Shown: positions 28,035-36,010 of the stretch, one piece after another
Position numbering within the stretch: the first letter of the stretch is position 1
Layout of the letters: each line of letters starts with the position of its first letter
Virus record (IMG/VR): IMGVR_UViG_3300037258_000046
Location: 1 to 64,000 of that record
DNA length: 64,000 nucleotides
From: a virus
Reading direction: 5' to 3' (one strand)
The notes under the pieces: model-generated
Told to the model about the DNA's origin: nothing
Databases searched by the model: none
What the model saw: only the letters and a program-made list of their open reading frames with translations
Program-made: the position numbers and the translations under genes

Positions 28035-28259
28035 CTAGTTCTCGGGCGCCGCGCTGATGATCTGCTCGATCGCGCCGACCGCTGACGCGGGCACGACCAC
28101 CTCTTCGTAATGCTCGGAGTCCGGATTCGCAATGCTGATCCGAAGCTCCGGCGCCGACCCGTCGGGCTCGGCCCAAATCCCGATCGTCAGGTCACGCTCG
28201 CGCTGCTCGTGATTGAGCGTGCGAATCGTTGTCGCTTGGCCTGTTTGCTCTAGCGCCAT
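28035..28259 (-). CDS. hypothetical protein
   Basis: AGGTGAGG RBS. Confidence 0.55.
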   Translation of the reverse strand: MALEQTGQATTIRTLNHEQRERDLTIGIWAEPDGSAPELRISIANPDSEHYEEVVVPASAVGAIEQIISAAPEN

Positions 28260-28307
28260 GCCTCACCTTCCGCTGTCGTGGTCGCGCTCAGTGTACCCCG
28301 AACGCAG

Positions 28308-28334
28308 ACGGGACCGGCATCCGTGCCGGTCCCG
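28308..28334 (-). terminator. hairpin, probable terminator
   Basis: cgggaccggca-tccg-tgccggtcccg; weak U tail. Confidence 0.5.
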
Positions 28335-28359
28335 ATTCACAGCCTACGCTCAGACGGCG

Positions 28360-28515
28360 CTACTCGCCGTCGACGTCCTCGCCTTGCTCGCCCTGCTCGG
28401 CGTCGCCCTGCTCCGTCTCCGGCGTCTCCGGCGTCTCGGCGGGCTCCTGCGTGATCTCCACATCGCCGTCGCCGTGCTGCTCGACGTGCACTCCGTCTCG
28501 CTGCTCTTCCGTCAT
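28360..28515 (-). CDS. 51-aa highly acidic protein
   Basis: MTEEQRDGVHVEQHGDGDVEITQEPAETPETPETEQGDAEQGEQGEDVDGE; preceded by TCAACCCG-ACG-AAGGAG. Confidence 0.65.
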   Translation of the reverse strand: MTEEQRDGVHVEQHGDGDVEITQEPAETPETPETEQGDAEQGEQGEDVDGE

Positions 28516-28563
28516 CGCCTGCTCCTTCGTCGGGTTGACCGCCCGGGAGACTACCCGGACGGT

Positions 28564-29358
28564 CTACGCCTCTACCGGCTCGGCTTCGCGCGGCGCCAGC
28601 CCGGCCGCAGCAGCAGCAGCGCCGAACTGCGCCAGATGCAGCTCTTCGACGTACGCCAGCCGCGCGTCGACGGCCGTGTCCGATGCCGTGTCGACCGCGG
28701 GCGCGTCGCCGCGCTTGCGCGCGAACGCGTTGACCAGCTCGATCGCGGTCCCGACCGCCTGCTCCGTGACCGCGACGTCGTCGAGACGCACGTCGGCGCC
28801 GGGCTCGGCGAAGTCGTTGAAGAACGCCAGCTCGCACAGCATCAGCGCGTTCCCGCCGCGGCGCGGCCGCAGCACGCCGAGCTTCTCGCGCGACGTCGAG
28901 ATCCACTTCACGACCGCCACGCGGTCGGTCTTGTGCAGCGCTTGCGTGAGCAGCTTGAGCGCCGGGCCCGTGCCGTTGCGCGGCTGAACCCAATACGAGC
29001 CGACGATGCGCTCCGTCGGCACCGATCGGTAGTCGATCGTCTCCAGCACCTCCATCGCCGGATGCGCCTCGACCGACGCCTCCGTGATCGCCGCGAGCCG
29101 CTCAGGGTCGAGCTTGATCACGCGGCTGTCGCTGACGCGCACCGCCTTGTAGACGCCATCTGCGGGCGTCCGCGAGCCGCCGCCGCCGCCGCCCATGGTC
29201 GACGTGACCGGCACCGCCTCGCCCGTCTCCGGGTCGACCTCGTCGCGAACGTACTCCGTCTTCGGCTCACGGCTGTGCACCGTCTTCGCGAACGAAACCT
29301 CAAGCTGAAAGTCGCCAAATGCGATCGCCGTGTTCCGTGCTCCACGTCCTGCCATCAC
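28564..29358 (-). CDS. ku: Ku-like DNA end-binding protein
   Basis: AIAFGDFQLEVSF...YKAVRVSDSRVIKLD...SYWVQP..GTGPALKLLTQALHKTDRVAVVK...REKLGVLRP...LMLCELAF. Confidence 0.8.
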   Translation of the reverse strand: MMAGRGARNTAIAFGDFQLEVSFAKTVHSREPKTEYVRDEVDPETGEAVPVTSTMGGGGGGSRTPADGVYKAVRVSDSRVIKLDPERLAAITEASVEAHPAMEVLETIDYRSVPTERIVGSYWVQPRNGTGPALKLLTQALHKTDRVAVVKWISTSREKLGVLRPRRGGNALMLCELAFFNDFAEPGADVRLDDVAVTEQAVGTAIELVNAFARKRGDAPAVDTASDTAVDARLAYVEELHLAQFGAAAAAAGLAPREAEPVEA

Positions 29359-29396
29359 TGCCTCCTGTCTGTCGGGTTGCGCGACAGACTGTAGCA
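29359..29396 (-). promoter_or_regulatory. early-type promoter/leader TGC-TACAGT-N7-GCAACCCG-SD
   Basis: -10 29388-93, box 29373-80. Confidence 0.75.
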
Positions 29397-29397
29397 G

Positions 29398-29904
29398 CTA
29401 CGGGGACGCCGCGGGCGCCGGGCCGATGCCGACGCGCGCGTTGCAATCCTCGTGCGGCTGGAGCGTGTTGATCAGCGCGACCGTGAACGCGCGCGTGCCC
29501 GCGAGCTGCCTGCTCACCGCCTGCCGCTGCGACGGCGGCGTCTGCGCGATGACCGCCGCGAACTGCTGATTGAGCACCTTGAGCGTGTTCGCGTTGCGCG
29601 TGTTCTGCGCGTTGCACGAGTCCAACCGCGACGCCTGAATCTCCCCGATCGCCTTCTGATTCTGCACGCTCGCGTGCCGCGCGTCGTCGCTCGCATGACG
29701 CGCACCCTCGACGCCCACCGCCGCGAGCGCCACTCCCCCGAGCGCCAGCACCGACACGATCAGCACCCCCCACAGCAGCCGCCGCGAGAGCTGCGCCCAC
29801 GCGTTGCGCATGTCGTGGAAGCGCGCATCGAACTCCTCGTGCGTCACATGGCTCTTGGGGTCCCGATCGAACGGCAGAGTGTCATGCGGGGGCATCGTCG
29901 TCAC
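29398..29904 (-). CDS. single-pass membrane coiled-coil protein (lysis-cassette-like)
   Basis: TM helix then coiled coil with a Cys pair. Confidence 0.55.
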   Translation of the reverse strand: MTTMPPHDTLPFDRDPKSHVTHEEFDARFHDMRNAWAQLSRRLLWGVLIVSVLALGGVALAAVGVEGARHASDDARHASVQNQKAIGEIQASRLDSCNAQNTRNANTLKVLNQQFAAVIAQTPPSQRQAVSRQLAGTRAFTVALINTLQPHEDCNARVGIGPAPAASP

Positions 29905-30077
29905 GGCCGTCTCCTCAGATGGTAGAGACACAGCGTCACCACGCACACGATGTAAGCCGCGATCGCCGGGCGCGCCGCGCTCGCGTCGACGCGATACCAG
30001 CAGTACACGCCGATCGTGCCCGCCGCCGTTAGCAGCGTGATCTTCGCCTGAGTGAACAGCGAGCGCATCGCGCTCAC
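29901..30077 (-). CDS. small 2-TM membrane protein
   Basis: GTGA-coupled; hydrophobic. Confidence 0.5.
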   Translation of the reverse strand: MSAMRSLFTQAKITLLTAAGTIGVYCWYRVDASAARPAIAAYIVCVVTLCLYHLRRRP

Positions 30078-30331
30078 CGCTCGCCCTCGGCATCCTCGCC
30101 CGGGTGCCGCGCCTGATGCGTGCGGTCGATCTTCTCGAACACCCGAGCCACGCTGTCCCACGTCTGCCCGGTCGCGACGAGCCCGCCCGAAGCAAAGATC
30201 AAATCCGCGTCCTCGCGACCCGTCACGAACCACAAAACGGCGAATGCGATCAGCAGCGCGAGCCCGATGATCTGGATGGTCCGCGGCGAAAGCGGGCGCG
30301 GCGGATCTCTGCGTGGCGGCTGCGTCGGCAT
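30074..30331 (-). CDS. small 2-TM membrane protein, holin-like
   Basis: Two hydrophobic segments and a charged tail. Confidence 0.5.
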   Translation of the reverse strand: MPTQPPRRDPPRPLSPRTIQIIGLALLIAFAVLWFVTGREDADLIFASGGLVATGQTWDSVARVFEKIDRTHQARHPGEDAEGER

Positions 30332-30402
30332 TCATCGACTGCGCTCTACGTGAAGGGGACGCACCCCTCCGATCGTACCCGCACGCGCGGGCAGCCCCTA
30401 GA

Positions 30403-30663
30403 TCACGCAGGCGCAGCCGTCGCGCGCTTGCGCTTCGGCTTGCTCGGCGCCGGACCATGCGGCCGCGGCGCACGACGCTCGGCGAACTCCTCGATGTCGT
30501 CGCGCGTCCAGACCGGCGTCCTGCCGACCTTCGCGGGCTCGATCGTGAAGTACCCCGAAGACTGCCAGCGATAGAACGTCATCCGGTCGATGCCGAAGAT
30601 TGTCGCTACCTCGTTGATGCCGACCAGCGGCGGGAGATCCTTCGTCCGCCTCAACCTAGCCAC
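30403..30663 (-). CDS. AlpA/Xis-like HTH regulator (MerR-like HTH superfamily)
   Basis: LVGINEVATIFGIDRMTFYRW...P..VGRTPVWTRDDIEEF. Confidence 0.8.
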   Translation of the reverse strand: MARLRRTKDLPPLVGINEVATIFGIDRMTFYRWQSSGYFTIEPAKVGRTPVWTRDDIEEFAERRAPRPHGPAPSKPKRKRATAAPA

Positions 30664-30751
30664 GCCGCATCACCTTCGACGCGAGCCACATCGCCACGAA
30701 CGGCGCAGCGGCCAGCGCTCCGTACCACCATGTCGAGAAGTCTCTGTGCAT
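30656..30751 (-). CDS. 31-aa single-TM peptide
   Basis: MHRDFSTWWYGALAAAPFVAMWLASKVMRRG after leader and AAGGAG. Confidence 0.6.
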   Translation of the reverse strand: MHRDFSTWWYGALAAAPFVAMWLASKVMRRG

Positions 30752-30790
30752 CGCCAGCTCCTTAGTCGGGTTGCGCGACACACTGTAGCA
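30752..30790 (-). promoter_or_regulatory. early-type promoter/leader TGC-TACAGT-N7-GCAACCCG-SD
   Basis: -10 30782-87, box 30767-74. Confidence 0.75.
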
Positions 30791-30792
30791 GC

Positions 30793-31425
30793 TCAGTCCG
30801 CGAGCGCGAGCCGCGGCTGCTCGCCTTCGGCCGACACGAGCCCGACGGCCTCCGGCAGCGTGAAGATCGACACCTCCGCGCGCGGGCGCCCGAAGTCGAC
30901 CATCCACACGCCGCGCACGAAGCGCTTGTCGTCGAACACGAGAAACTTGTTCAGCGCATCCTCGACGGCGCGCAGCAGCTTCGTCCCGTCACCCGTCTGC
31001 CGACGATGCGGGAACCGCGGCGCCGACGGCTTGAGCACCCCCGCGTTGCGCCCTGTCCCGTAGTGGCTCGCGCTGCGCGCGACGTACGTGTGCAGCACGA
31101 TCACGAGTGGCCCGTCGAGCAGCTCGTGGATCTCGCCCAGCTCGACGAGCACAGCGTCGCGCACATCGCCGCGCCACGTCTTGCCCGCAGCGCCGACGTC
31201 GTCCTTCGTGAACGTCACGTAGCGGCCGCCGCGCATGACCGGCTCCTTCTTGCCGGTCGTCGGGTTCTTGCGCATCGCGACACCCGACACCTTCGAGCCC
31301 GCGGGCTTCGCGTCGCCCCATGCCGTGAACGTGATCGCGTGGTCGGTCCCGGCAGGCAGCAGCATGCGCCCGAGCGACTGACGCGCCAGCGACACCTCGT
31401 CGACGAACTCGCCCTCCTCGATCAC
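30793..31425 (-). CDS. rusA: RusA-like Holliday junction resolvase
   Basis: GDAKPAGSK...LLDGPL...GDGTKLLRAVEDALN..VFDDK. Confidence 0.8.
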   Translation of the reverse strand: MIEEGEFVDEVSLARQSLGRMLLPAGTDHAITFTAWGDAKPAGSKVSGVAMRKNPTTGKKEPVMRGGRYVTFTKDDVGAAGKTWRGDVRDAVLVELGEIHELLDGPLVIVLHTYVARSASHYGTGRNAGVLKPSAPRFPHRRQTGDGTKLLRAVEDALNKFLVFDDKRFVRGVWMVDFGRPRAEVSIFTLPEAVGLVSAEGEQPRLALAD

Positions 31426-32177
31426 GACACCCTCCGATCCGGGCCGCCGAGCTGAATCGACGCGCAGTAGCCGACGAGCCGCGAGACGATCGCCTCGCCG
31501 AACGGCTCCGGCAACCGGGTCGCCAGCTCCGTCGGCGTCGTGTTCATCGTGACCAGCAGCCGCGCCCCGTGGTTCACGCGATTGTCGATCGCCGCCAAGA
31601 GCTGCTCCGCCACGTGCTCCGTCGGGCGCGCCTTATCCAAGTCGTCGAGCACGAGTGCACCGTGCCCCGCCACGAGCGCCATCGCCCGCGCGCGCGCCTC
31701 CGTGCCGAAGCCACTGTCGATCGACGTCACGAGCGCCGACGCCGACGTCCACCGCAAGTTCTCGAACCGCAGCCGATACCACGCCGCCGCCGCCGCCGCG
31801 TACGTCTTGCCACGCCCGACAGCACCCGCCAGCAGCAGCCCCTTCGGCGCGTCCTCGCCGCCCTCAGCCCACAGCCGCACGAGCGCAATCGACCGCTCCC
31901 GCCCGACGGTGTCCAGCTCGTCGAGCTTGATCCGGCGCAACCCGACCGGCAGCCCGCATTCACGCTCGCGGCCCTGCACGAGCGCCGCCATCCGCGCCAT
32001 CTCCGCCTCGCGATCCGCGGCCGCCCACGCAGCCTCCGCCTCGACGCGATGCGCCGGGCACCGCCGCGGGATCTTCCGCAAGAACTCGCCGAAGATCCCC
32101 TCGTCCTCGGGCAGTTCGATCTCGACCGCGACACCGCAGTCGACGCACGTCGTCTTGTGGATCGTGGTGGACGTCAT
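31422..32177 (-). CDS. DnaC/IstB-like helicase loader ATPase
   Basis: GLLLAGAVGRGKT, LVLDDLD, IDNR, LVTMN, IVSRL, GPDRR. Confidence 0.85.
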   Translation of the reverse strand: MTSTTIHKTTCVDCGVAVEIELPEDEGIFGEFLRKIPRRCPAHRVEAEAAWAAADREAEMARMAALVQGRERECGLPVGLRRIKLDELDTVGRERSIALVRLWAEGGEDAPKGLLLAGAVGRGKTYAAAAAAWYRLRFENLRWTSASALVTSIDSGFGTEARARAMALVAGHGALVLDDLDKARPTEHVAEQLLAAIDNRVNHGARLLVTMNTTPTELATRLPEPFGEAIVSRLVGYCASIQLGGPDRRVS

Positions 32178-32968
32178 CAGTCAGTCACCATCGGCTTCTC
32201 GTAGGCGCTCAAGTCCTGCTGACTATGAGCTAAGCGCGTCTGTCGGACGTTACCGTTTGTCGCACGACGCGCGATCTCGCCCATCCGGTCGATCGTCGCA
32301 TCCGGGCTCGGCGACTTCCCGCCACCCTTGAGCGCGTAGCTGATGTCGCGGTACTCGTGCTGGACGTGATAGTCGCTCACCGCGAGCCCGTCGATCGCAG
32401 CGCAGCACTCCACGGTCGTCCGCACCTTGAGCGCGTCGCGGATGATCTTCCGGCGCCGAGCGTCGAGCACGAAGCGACTGCCGAACACCTCCAGGTATGT
32501 CGCCCACACTGTCGCGATCTGATCCTCGTCGCTTGACGGGGGGGAGGGGGGGGCTTCTTCTTCCTTAGCTCTAGGTAGTTCGGACGTCTCACCTGCGCGC
32601 GTGAGTCCGCCACTTTGGCGGGCTGTCACTCCGCCACTTTGGCGGTTGGCGGGCTCGACTTCGCCAAGTTGGCGGACTCGCTCGATCAAGACCCTGTAGC
32701 TCAGCCCGCGATCCCACGCGTCGCCCTGCTCCGACACCTCGATTAGCTCCAGCTCGCGCAGCTTCGCGAGCACTCGTTCGGTCGTGCGCTTGCTCCAGAA
32801 CGGGAAGATCTCGCGCCACGCCGCGACCGTGTTGCGTACCCATCCGTCGTCGGAGCGCTCGCCCATCCAGAAGACCTGCTGGAGCGCGATCGCCTCGTTC
32901 AGCCCGATCTCCACGGCGAGCGACGGGATCACCTGTAGCGGCGGCTCAGAGATCAGCAGCTTGCTCAC
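32177..32968 (-). CDS. phage replication initiator (wHTH)
   Basis: KLLISEPPLQVIPSLAVEIGLNEAIALQQ...WVRNT..W..FPFWS; internal iterons; adjacent to the loader. Confidence 0.85.
   Translation of the reverse strand: MSKLLISEPPLQVIPSLAVEIGLNEAIALQQVFWMGERSDDGWVRNTVAAWREIFPFWSKRTTERVLAKLRELELIEVSEQGDAWDRGLSYRVLIERVRQLGEVEPANRQSGGVTARQSGGLTRAGETSELPRAKEEEAPPSPPSSDEDQIATVWATYLEVFGSRFVLDARRRKIIRDALKVRTTVECCAAIDGLAVSDYHVQHEYRDISYALKGGGKSPSPDATIDRMGEIARRATNGNVRQTRLAHSQQDLSAYEKPMVTD
32606..32675. repeat. three palindromic iterons CCGCCA-N3-TGGCGG, candidate replication origin
   Basis: tccgccactttggcgg at 32606 and 32630; ttcgccaagttggcgg at 32660. Confidence 0.75.
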
Positions 32969-33012
32969 CGGCCCACCCCGGCCCGCGACGACACCGACAG
33001 CGATAGCTGCAT
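32965..33012 (-). CDS. 15-aa leader peptide coupled to the initiator
   Basis: AGGAGG-N5-ATG; MQLSLSVSSRAGVGR; TGA overlaps the initiator GTG (GTGA). Confidence 0.5.
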   Translation of the reverse strand: MQLSLSVSSRAGVGR

Positions 33013-33033
33013 CTCACCCTCCTGCGATCGAAG

Positions 33034-33067
33034 TTGAAAGGGAGCCGCCAGACCACGACGGCTCCCC
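33034..33067 (-). terminator. terminator/attenuator upstream of the initiator
   Basis: GGGAGCCG...CGGCTCCC followed by TTTCAA. Confidence 0.55.
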
Positions 33068-33072
33068 ACTGC

Positions 33073-33528
33073 TCAGCCCGTCGCGGACGCCGGGTCTGCC
33101 GCTGCGTCGGCGATCGCCTCGACGAACGTCGGGCGAAGCACCTGCCGGATCTTGTAGCCGACGATCCGGCCCTCCTTGCGCTTCACCACGACCTGCGCCG
33201 CCGTCGCGATCTCGTAGCTGACCATCACGCGGCCCGGACTGTCCGGGTCGATCATGCCCGCGCTGACCGGCACCTCCGCCGACATCAGCGACGCCGTGAC
33301 CTCGACCGGCAGGCCCGGCTTGATCAGGTTCTTGAGCGTCTTCTTTGGATCGCCCTCGACCGTCCCGAGCGGGAACAGCTCCTCCTGCTCGTCGTCGTCG
33401 GCCATCTCCGCGATCGACTTGCCGTCAGCCGCCGCGGCTTCTGCGGCTTCGCGGTCTTGGCGCTCCTGCCGCCGCCGCGCTATCTCGTTGTCCGCTGATG
33501 TTGCCTCGTTCTCGTCTTCCACCGTCAT
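33073..33528 (-). CDS. hypothetical protein
   Basis: Preceded by GCAACCCG-AGGAGG (33544-51). Confidence 0.7.
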   Translation of the reverse strand: MTVEDENEATSADNEIARRRQERQDREAAEAAAADGKSIAEMADDDEQEELFPLGTVEGDPKKTLKNLIKPGLPVEVTASLMSAEVPVSAGMIDPDSPGRVMVSYEIATAAQVVVKRKEGRIVGYKIRQVLRPTFVEAIADAAADPASATG

Positions 33529-33754
33529 CGGTGTCTTCCTCCTCGGGTTGCTTGAGATGGACGCGCACCACGGGCCCGAGCCCGGGCACCACGTTCGCCG
33601 CGACCGATCCGACAGCCTCGATCAGCAGCGCCTTCCTACCTTCCTGCAACAGCTCGCCTTCTGTGACGATCACCACGTCGATGATCGCCACGTCGAGCGG
33701 TTCACTGTACGCCTCGCCGGGCGCGAGAGTGATCCTCAGCTCACCCGTCGACAT
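33425..33754 (-). CDS. hypothetical protein (overlaps next gene)
   Basis: MSTGELRITLAPGE...; the C-terminal overlap makes it uncertain. Confidence 0.4.
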   Translation of the reverse strand: MSTGELRITLAPGEAYSEPLDVAIIDVVIVTEGELLQEGRKALLIEAVGSVAANVVPGLGPVVRVHLKQPEEEDTDDGGRRERGNISGQRDSAAAAGAPRPRSRRSRGG

Positions 33755-34130
33755 CGACTTTGCGGCGATCTTCGAGCACCTGCAATGGCTCGTCGACCGT
33801 GACCGTCCCCTTCCACGCCGACCACGCCACCGCGCGGAACTGCCCGGGCACCGCGCCCTCACCCTTGCCGGTATATGACTCGATCGCGAGCGCCTGCGAC
33901 CGCGCGACGACAGGCACCTTCACGCCCGCCACGGCCGCCCACACGCCGTCCTGGAGCAGCGGGAACTCCGCCGAGCGGACGTTCTCGAACACCTCCGTGT
34001 AGTCGCTCACGGGCTGCACATGCAGCAGCTTCAACACGACATAGCGCGTCGGCTCCGCCTCGGGCTTAGGCTCCTCCTGCTGCGCCTTTCGCGTCCGCTT
34101 CGAGCCCTGCGACCCGTCTGTTTCGGCCAT
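33741..34130 (-). CDS. hypothetical protein
   Basis: GGAGG RBS. Confidence 0.6.
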   Translation of the reverse strand: MAETDGSQGSKRTRKAQQEEPKPEAEPTRYVVLKLLHVQPVSDYTEVFENVRSAEFPLLQDGVWAAVAGVKVPVVARSQALAIESYTGKGEGAVPGQFRAVAWSAWKGTVTVDEPLQVLEDRRKVDVDG

Positions 34131-34659
34131 ACCTCCGCCTTCCTGATTGTGGATAGAGACGCTCCAGGAGCGCCACGAATGGCTCGCCCAGCTCGGCCGC
34201 GAACGCGCGCGCCGACGCCGGAACGTCCTGAGCCAAGAATGGATCGCGCGGCATCGGCGCCTCGTGGTCGACGTGGCACTCCCCGCAGACCGGCGACACG
34301 TTGCGCGGGTCGTTGATCAGCTTCCGCGTCAGCCTGCGCTCCTCGTTCTCGTCGAGCCGCTCCGCGGCCGCGTGACGGCGAAGCGCCTGCTGCGGCACCC
34401 AATGGTGCCAAGACCTCGCGCGTCGCTTCCTGGCGCGCCGCTCGCACCTCACGCAGTACAGCTCGCGCGCCGCGCCCGGCGCTTTGAACTCGACGCGCGC
34501 ACGCTTCGCGGGCGCCGCCTGCGCCGGAGCATCGAACGCCGTCGCCGACGGCCGCAGCCTCTTGCCGTACCACGGCTTCAAGCAGTGCGGGCAGAGCTGC
34601 TGCCGCGCGTCGGTAATCCAGATCCCGCCGCAATGCTTGCACCCGGCTGTGACCGTCAC
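34066..34659 (-). CDS. HNH-like endonuclease with zinc fingers
   Basis: CVRC...WHHWVP...NVSPVCGECHVDH. Confidence 0.65.
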   Translation of the reverse strand: MTVTAGCKHCGGIWITDARQQLCPHCLKPWYGKRLRPSATAFDAPAQAAPAKRARVEFKAPGAARELYCVRCERRARKRRARSWHHWVPQQALRRHAAAERLDENEERRLTRKLINDPRNVSPVCGECHVDHEAPMPRDPFLAQDVPASARAFAAELGEPFVALLERLYPQSGRRRYGRNRRVAGLEADAKGAAGGA

Positions 34660-35999
34660 TCGCCGTTACGCCGTCGAGCAGCGCGCGTCCGTGCGCCCTT
34701 CCGTGCGCTGACCGACCGCCGCGTCGCTGCGGCAAGCATCTTCTCCGTCGCCACGACCTCGTCGAGCATCGGCGGCGCGTCCTTCGGGTTGTACGCCTCG
34801 AACTTCGTGACCGACCTCGTGCGATACAGCTTCGTCGGATCGAGCCCCTGCGCGATCGCCTCGCGCATCTCCGCCTCGCTCGGCCTCGTCGTCTGCTGCC
34901 GGATCACCGGGCCCCACAGCCGCGTCCGCTTCGAGTCCTTGATCGCGAGCGGCCCGTGCATATTCGTCCACGGCCGCAGCGACTCGCTCAACCGGCGCTT
35001 CACCGCATCGACGACGGCGAACATCTTCCCAACGCGCTCGGCCTCCTCAAGCGACGCGATGCGCCCGTCTCGACGCAAGCTCGGCAGGATCGGACAGTGC
35101 TCCGGCTGCGCGCAATTCCAGCAGTGAGATCCCGGCGACGGCTTCCACACGCCCTCTTCGTATGAGCGGTCGAAGCGCTCGACGATCTGCGTGAACTCCG
35201 ACAGCAGCTCCGGCATCTTGTAGCGGTGGATCGACGCCTCGCGCGTCGGCTTCTGCGACGTCGACGTCATGTAGCGCACGTACACCTCGCGCAGCGTCAC
35301 GCGCTGAATGCCCGGGAACGTCAAGAACACGAGCAGCGCGTAGAACCGCTGCTGGAAGTAGCCCTCCTCGCTGATCGGCTCGTCGTCCGGGTCAGCGCCG
35401 TCCGGGAGATCCTCCGCCGCCACCCGCTCCGGCGGCAGACCCCACCCGCTCTTGAAATCCGGCACGATCGCGTGCCACCCGTTGCGCTCGATCAGCAGCA
35501 GATCCGGGCGGCCCGTGATCGTGCGCTGCACCATCAGGTCCCCGGGCGCCGGGTACGGCTTCGCCGGGTACTCGATCACCGCCTCCATGCGCTGCTCGAT
35601 CCCCGCGATGTCTCGCACGTCCCACTCACTCCCGAGCGCCCACGTGATCACACACACCCGCGCTTCGGCGATCCACCGCAGCGGCAGCGGCGCGACGCTG
35701 TCCTCGTCGCCGAGCATCGGCACGTCGGCCTGCCTGATCGTCCGCTCGAACTCCTGAATCGCGATCTCGACCGGGCAGCGCGTCTCGCCCCGCGCCAGCA
35801 TCAGCCGCATGCACCGCGCGATCGTCCGGTGCACGATCGTGCCCGCCGCCGCCGGGAAGCTAGAGAACTGATGATCCTCGAACTGCATCGACCACCGCGC
35901 GCTCAACGGGCACGCGTCGAACGCCGCGAGCTGCGACTGCCGCAGCCTCGGGAACGCCGCCATCGCCCGCGGGAACGGGACCACCTCCGTGCTCGTCAT
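34656..35999 (-). CDS. Cas4/RecB-like PD-(D/E)XK exonuclease
   Basis: SQLAAFDACP, GTIVH, GRPDLL, DFKSG, QQRFY, PGSHCWNC...CP. Confidence 0.85.
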   Translation of the reverse strand: MTSTEVVPFPRAMAAFPRLRQSQLAAFDACPLSARWSMQFEDHQFSSFPAAAGTIVHRTIARCMRLMLARGETRCPVEIAIQEFERTIRQADVPMLGDEDSVAPLPLRWIAEARVCVITWALGSEWDVRDIAGIEQRMEAVIEYPAKPYPAPGDLMVQRTITGRPDLLLIERNGWHAIVPDFKSGWGLPPERVAAEDLPDGADPDDEPISEEGYFQQRFYALLVFLTFPGIQRVTLREVYVRYMTSTSQKPTREASIHRYKMPELLSEFTQIVERFDRSYEEGVWKPSPGSHCWNCAQPEHCPILPSLRRDGRIASLEEAERVGKMFAVVDAVKRRLSESLRPWTNMHGPLAIKDSKRTRLWGPVIRQQTTRPSEAEMREAIAQGLDPTKLYRTRSVTKFEAYNPKDAPPMLDEVVATEKMLAAATRRSVSARKGARTRAARRRNGE

Positions 36000-36010
36000 C
36001 GCGCCGGAGT

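Noticed and set aside
30403-30663. Xis-like HTH as evidence of an integrated prophage
   Set aside because: No integrase, att site, divergent repressor or host genes in the window
34656-35999. Cas4-like gene as a CRISPR-Cas component
   Set aside because: Adjacent to RecT in a standard phage recombination pair; no array or other cas genes
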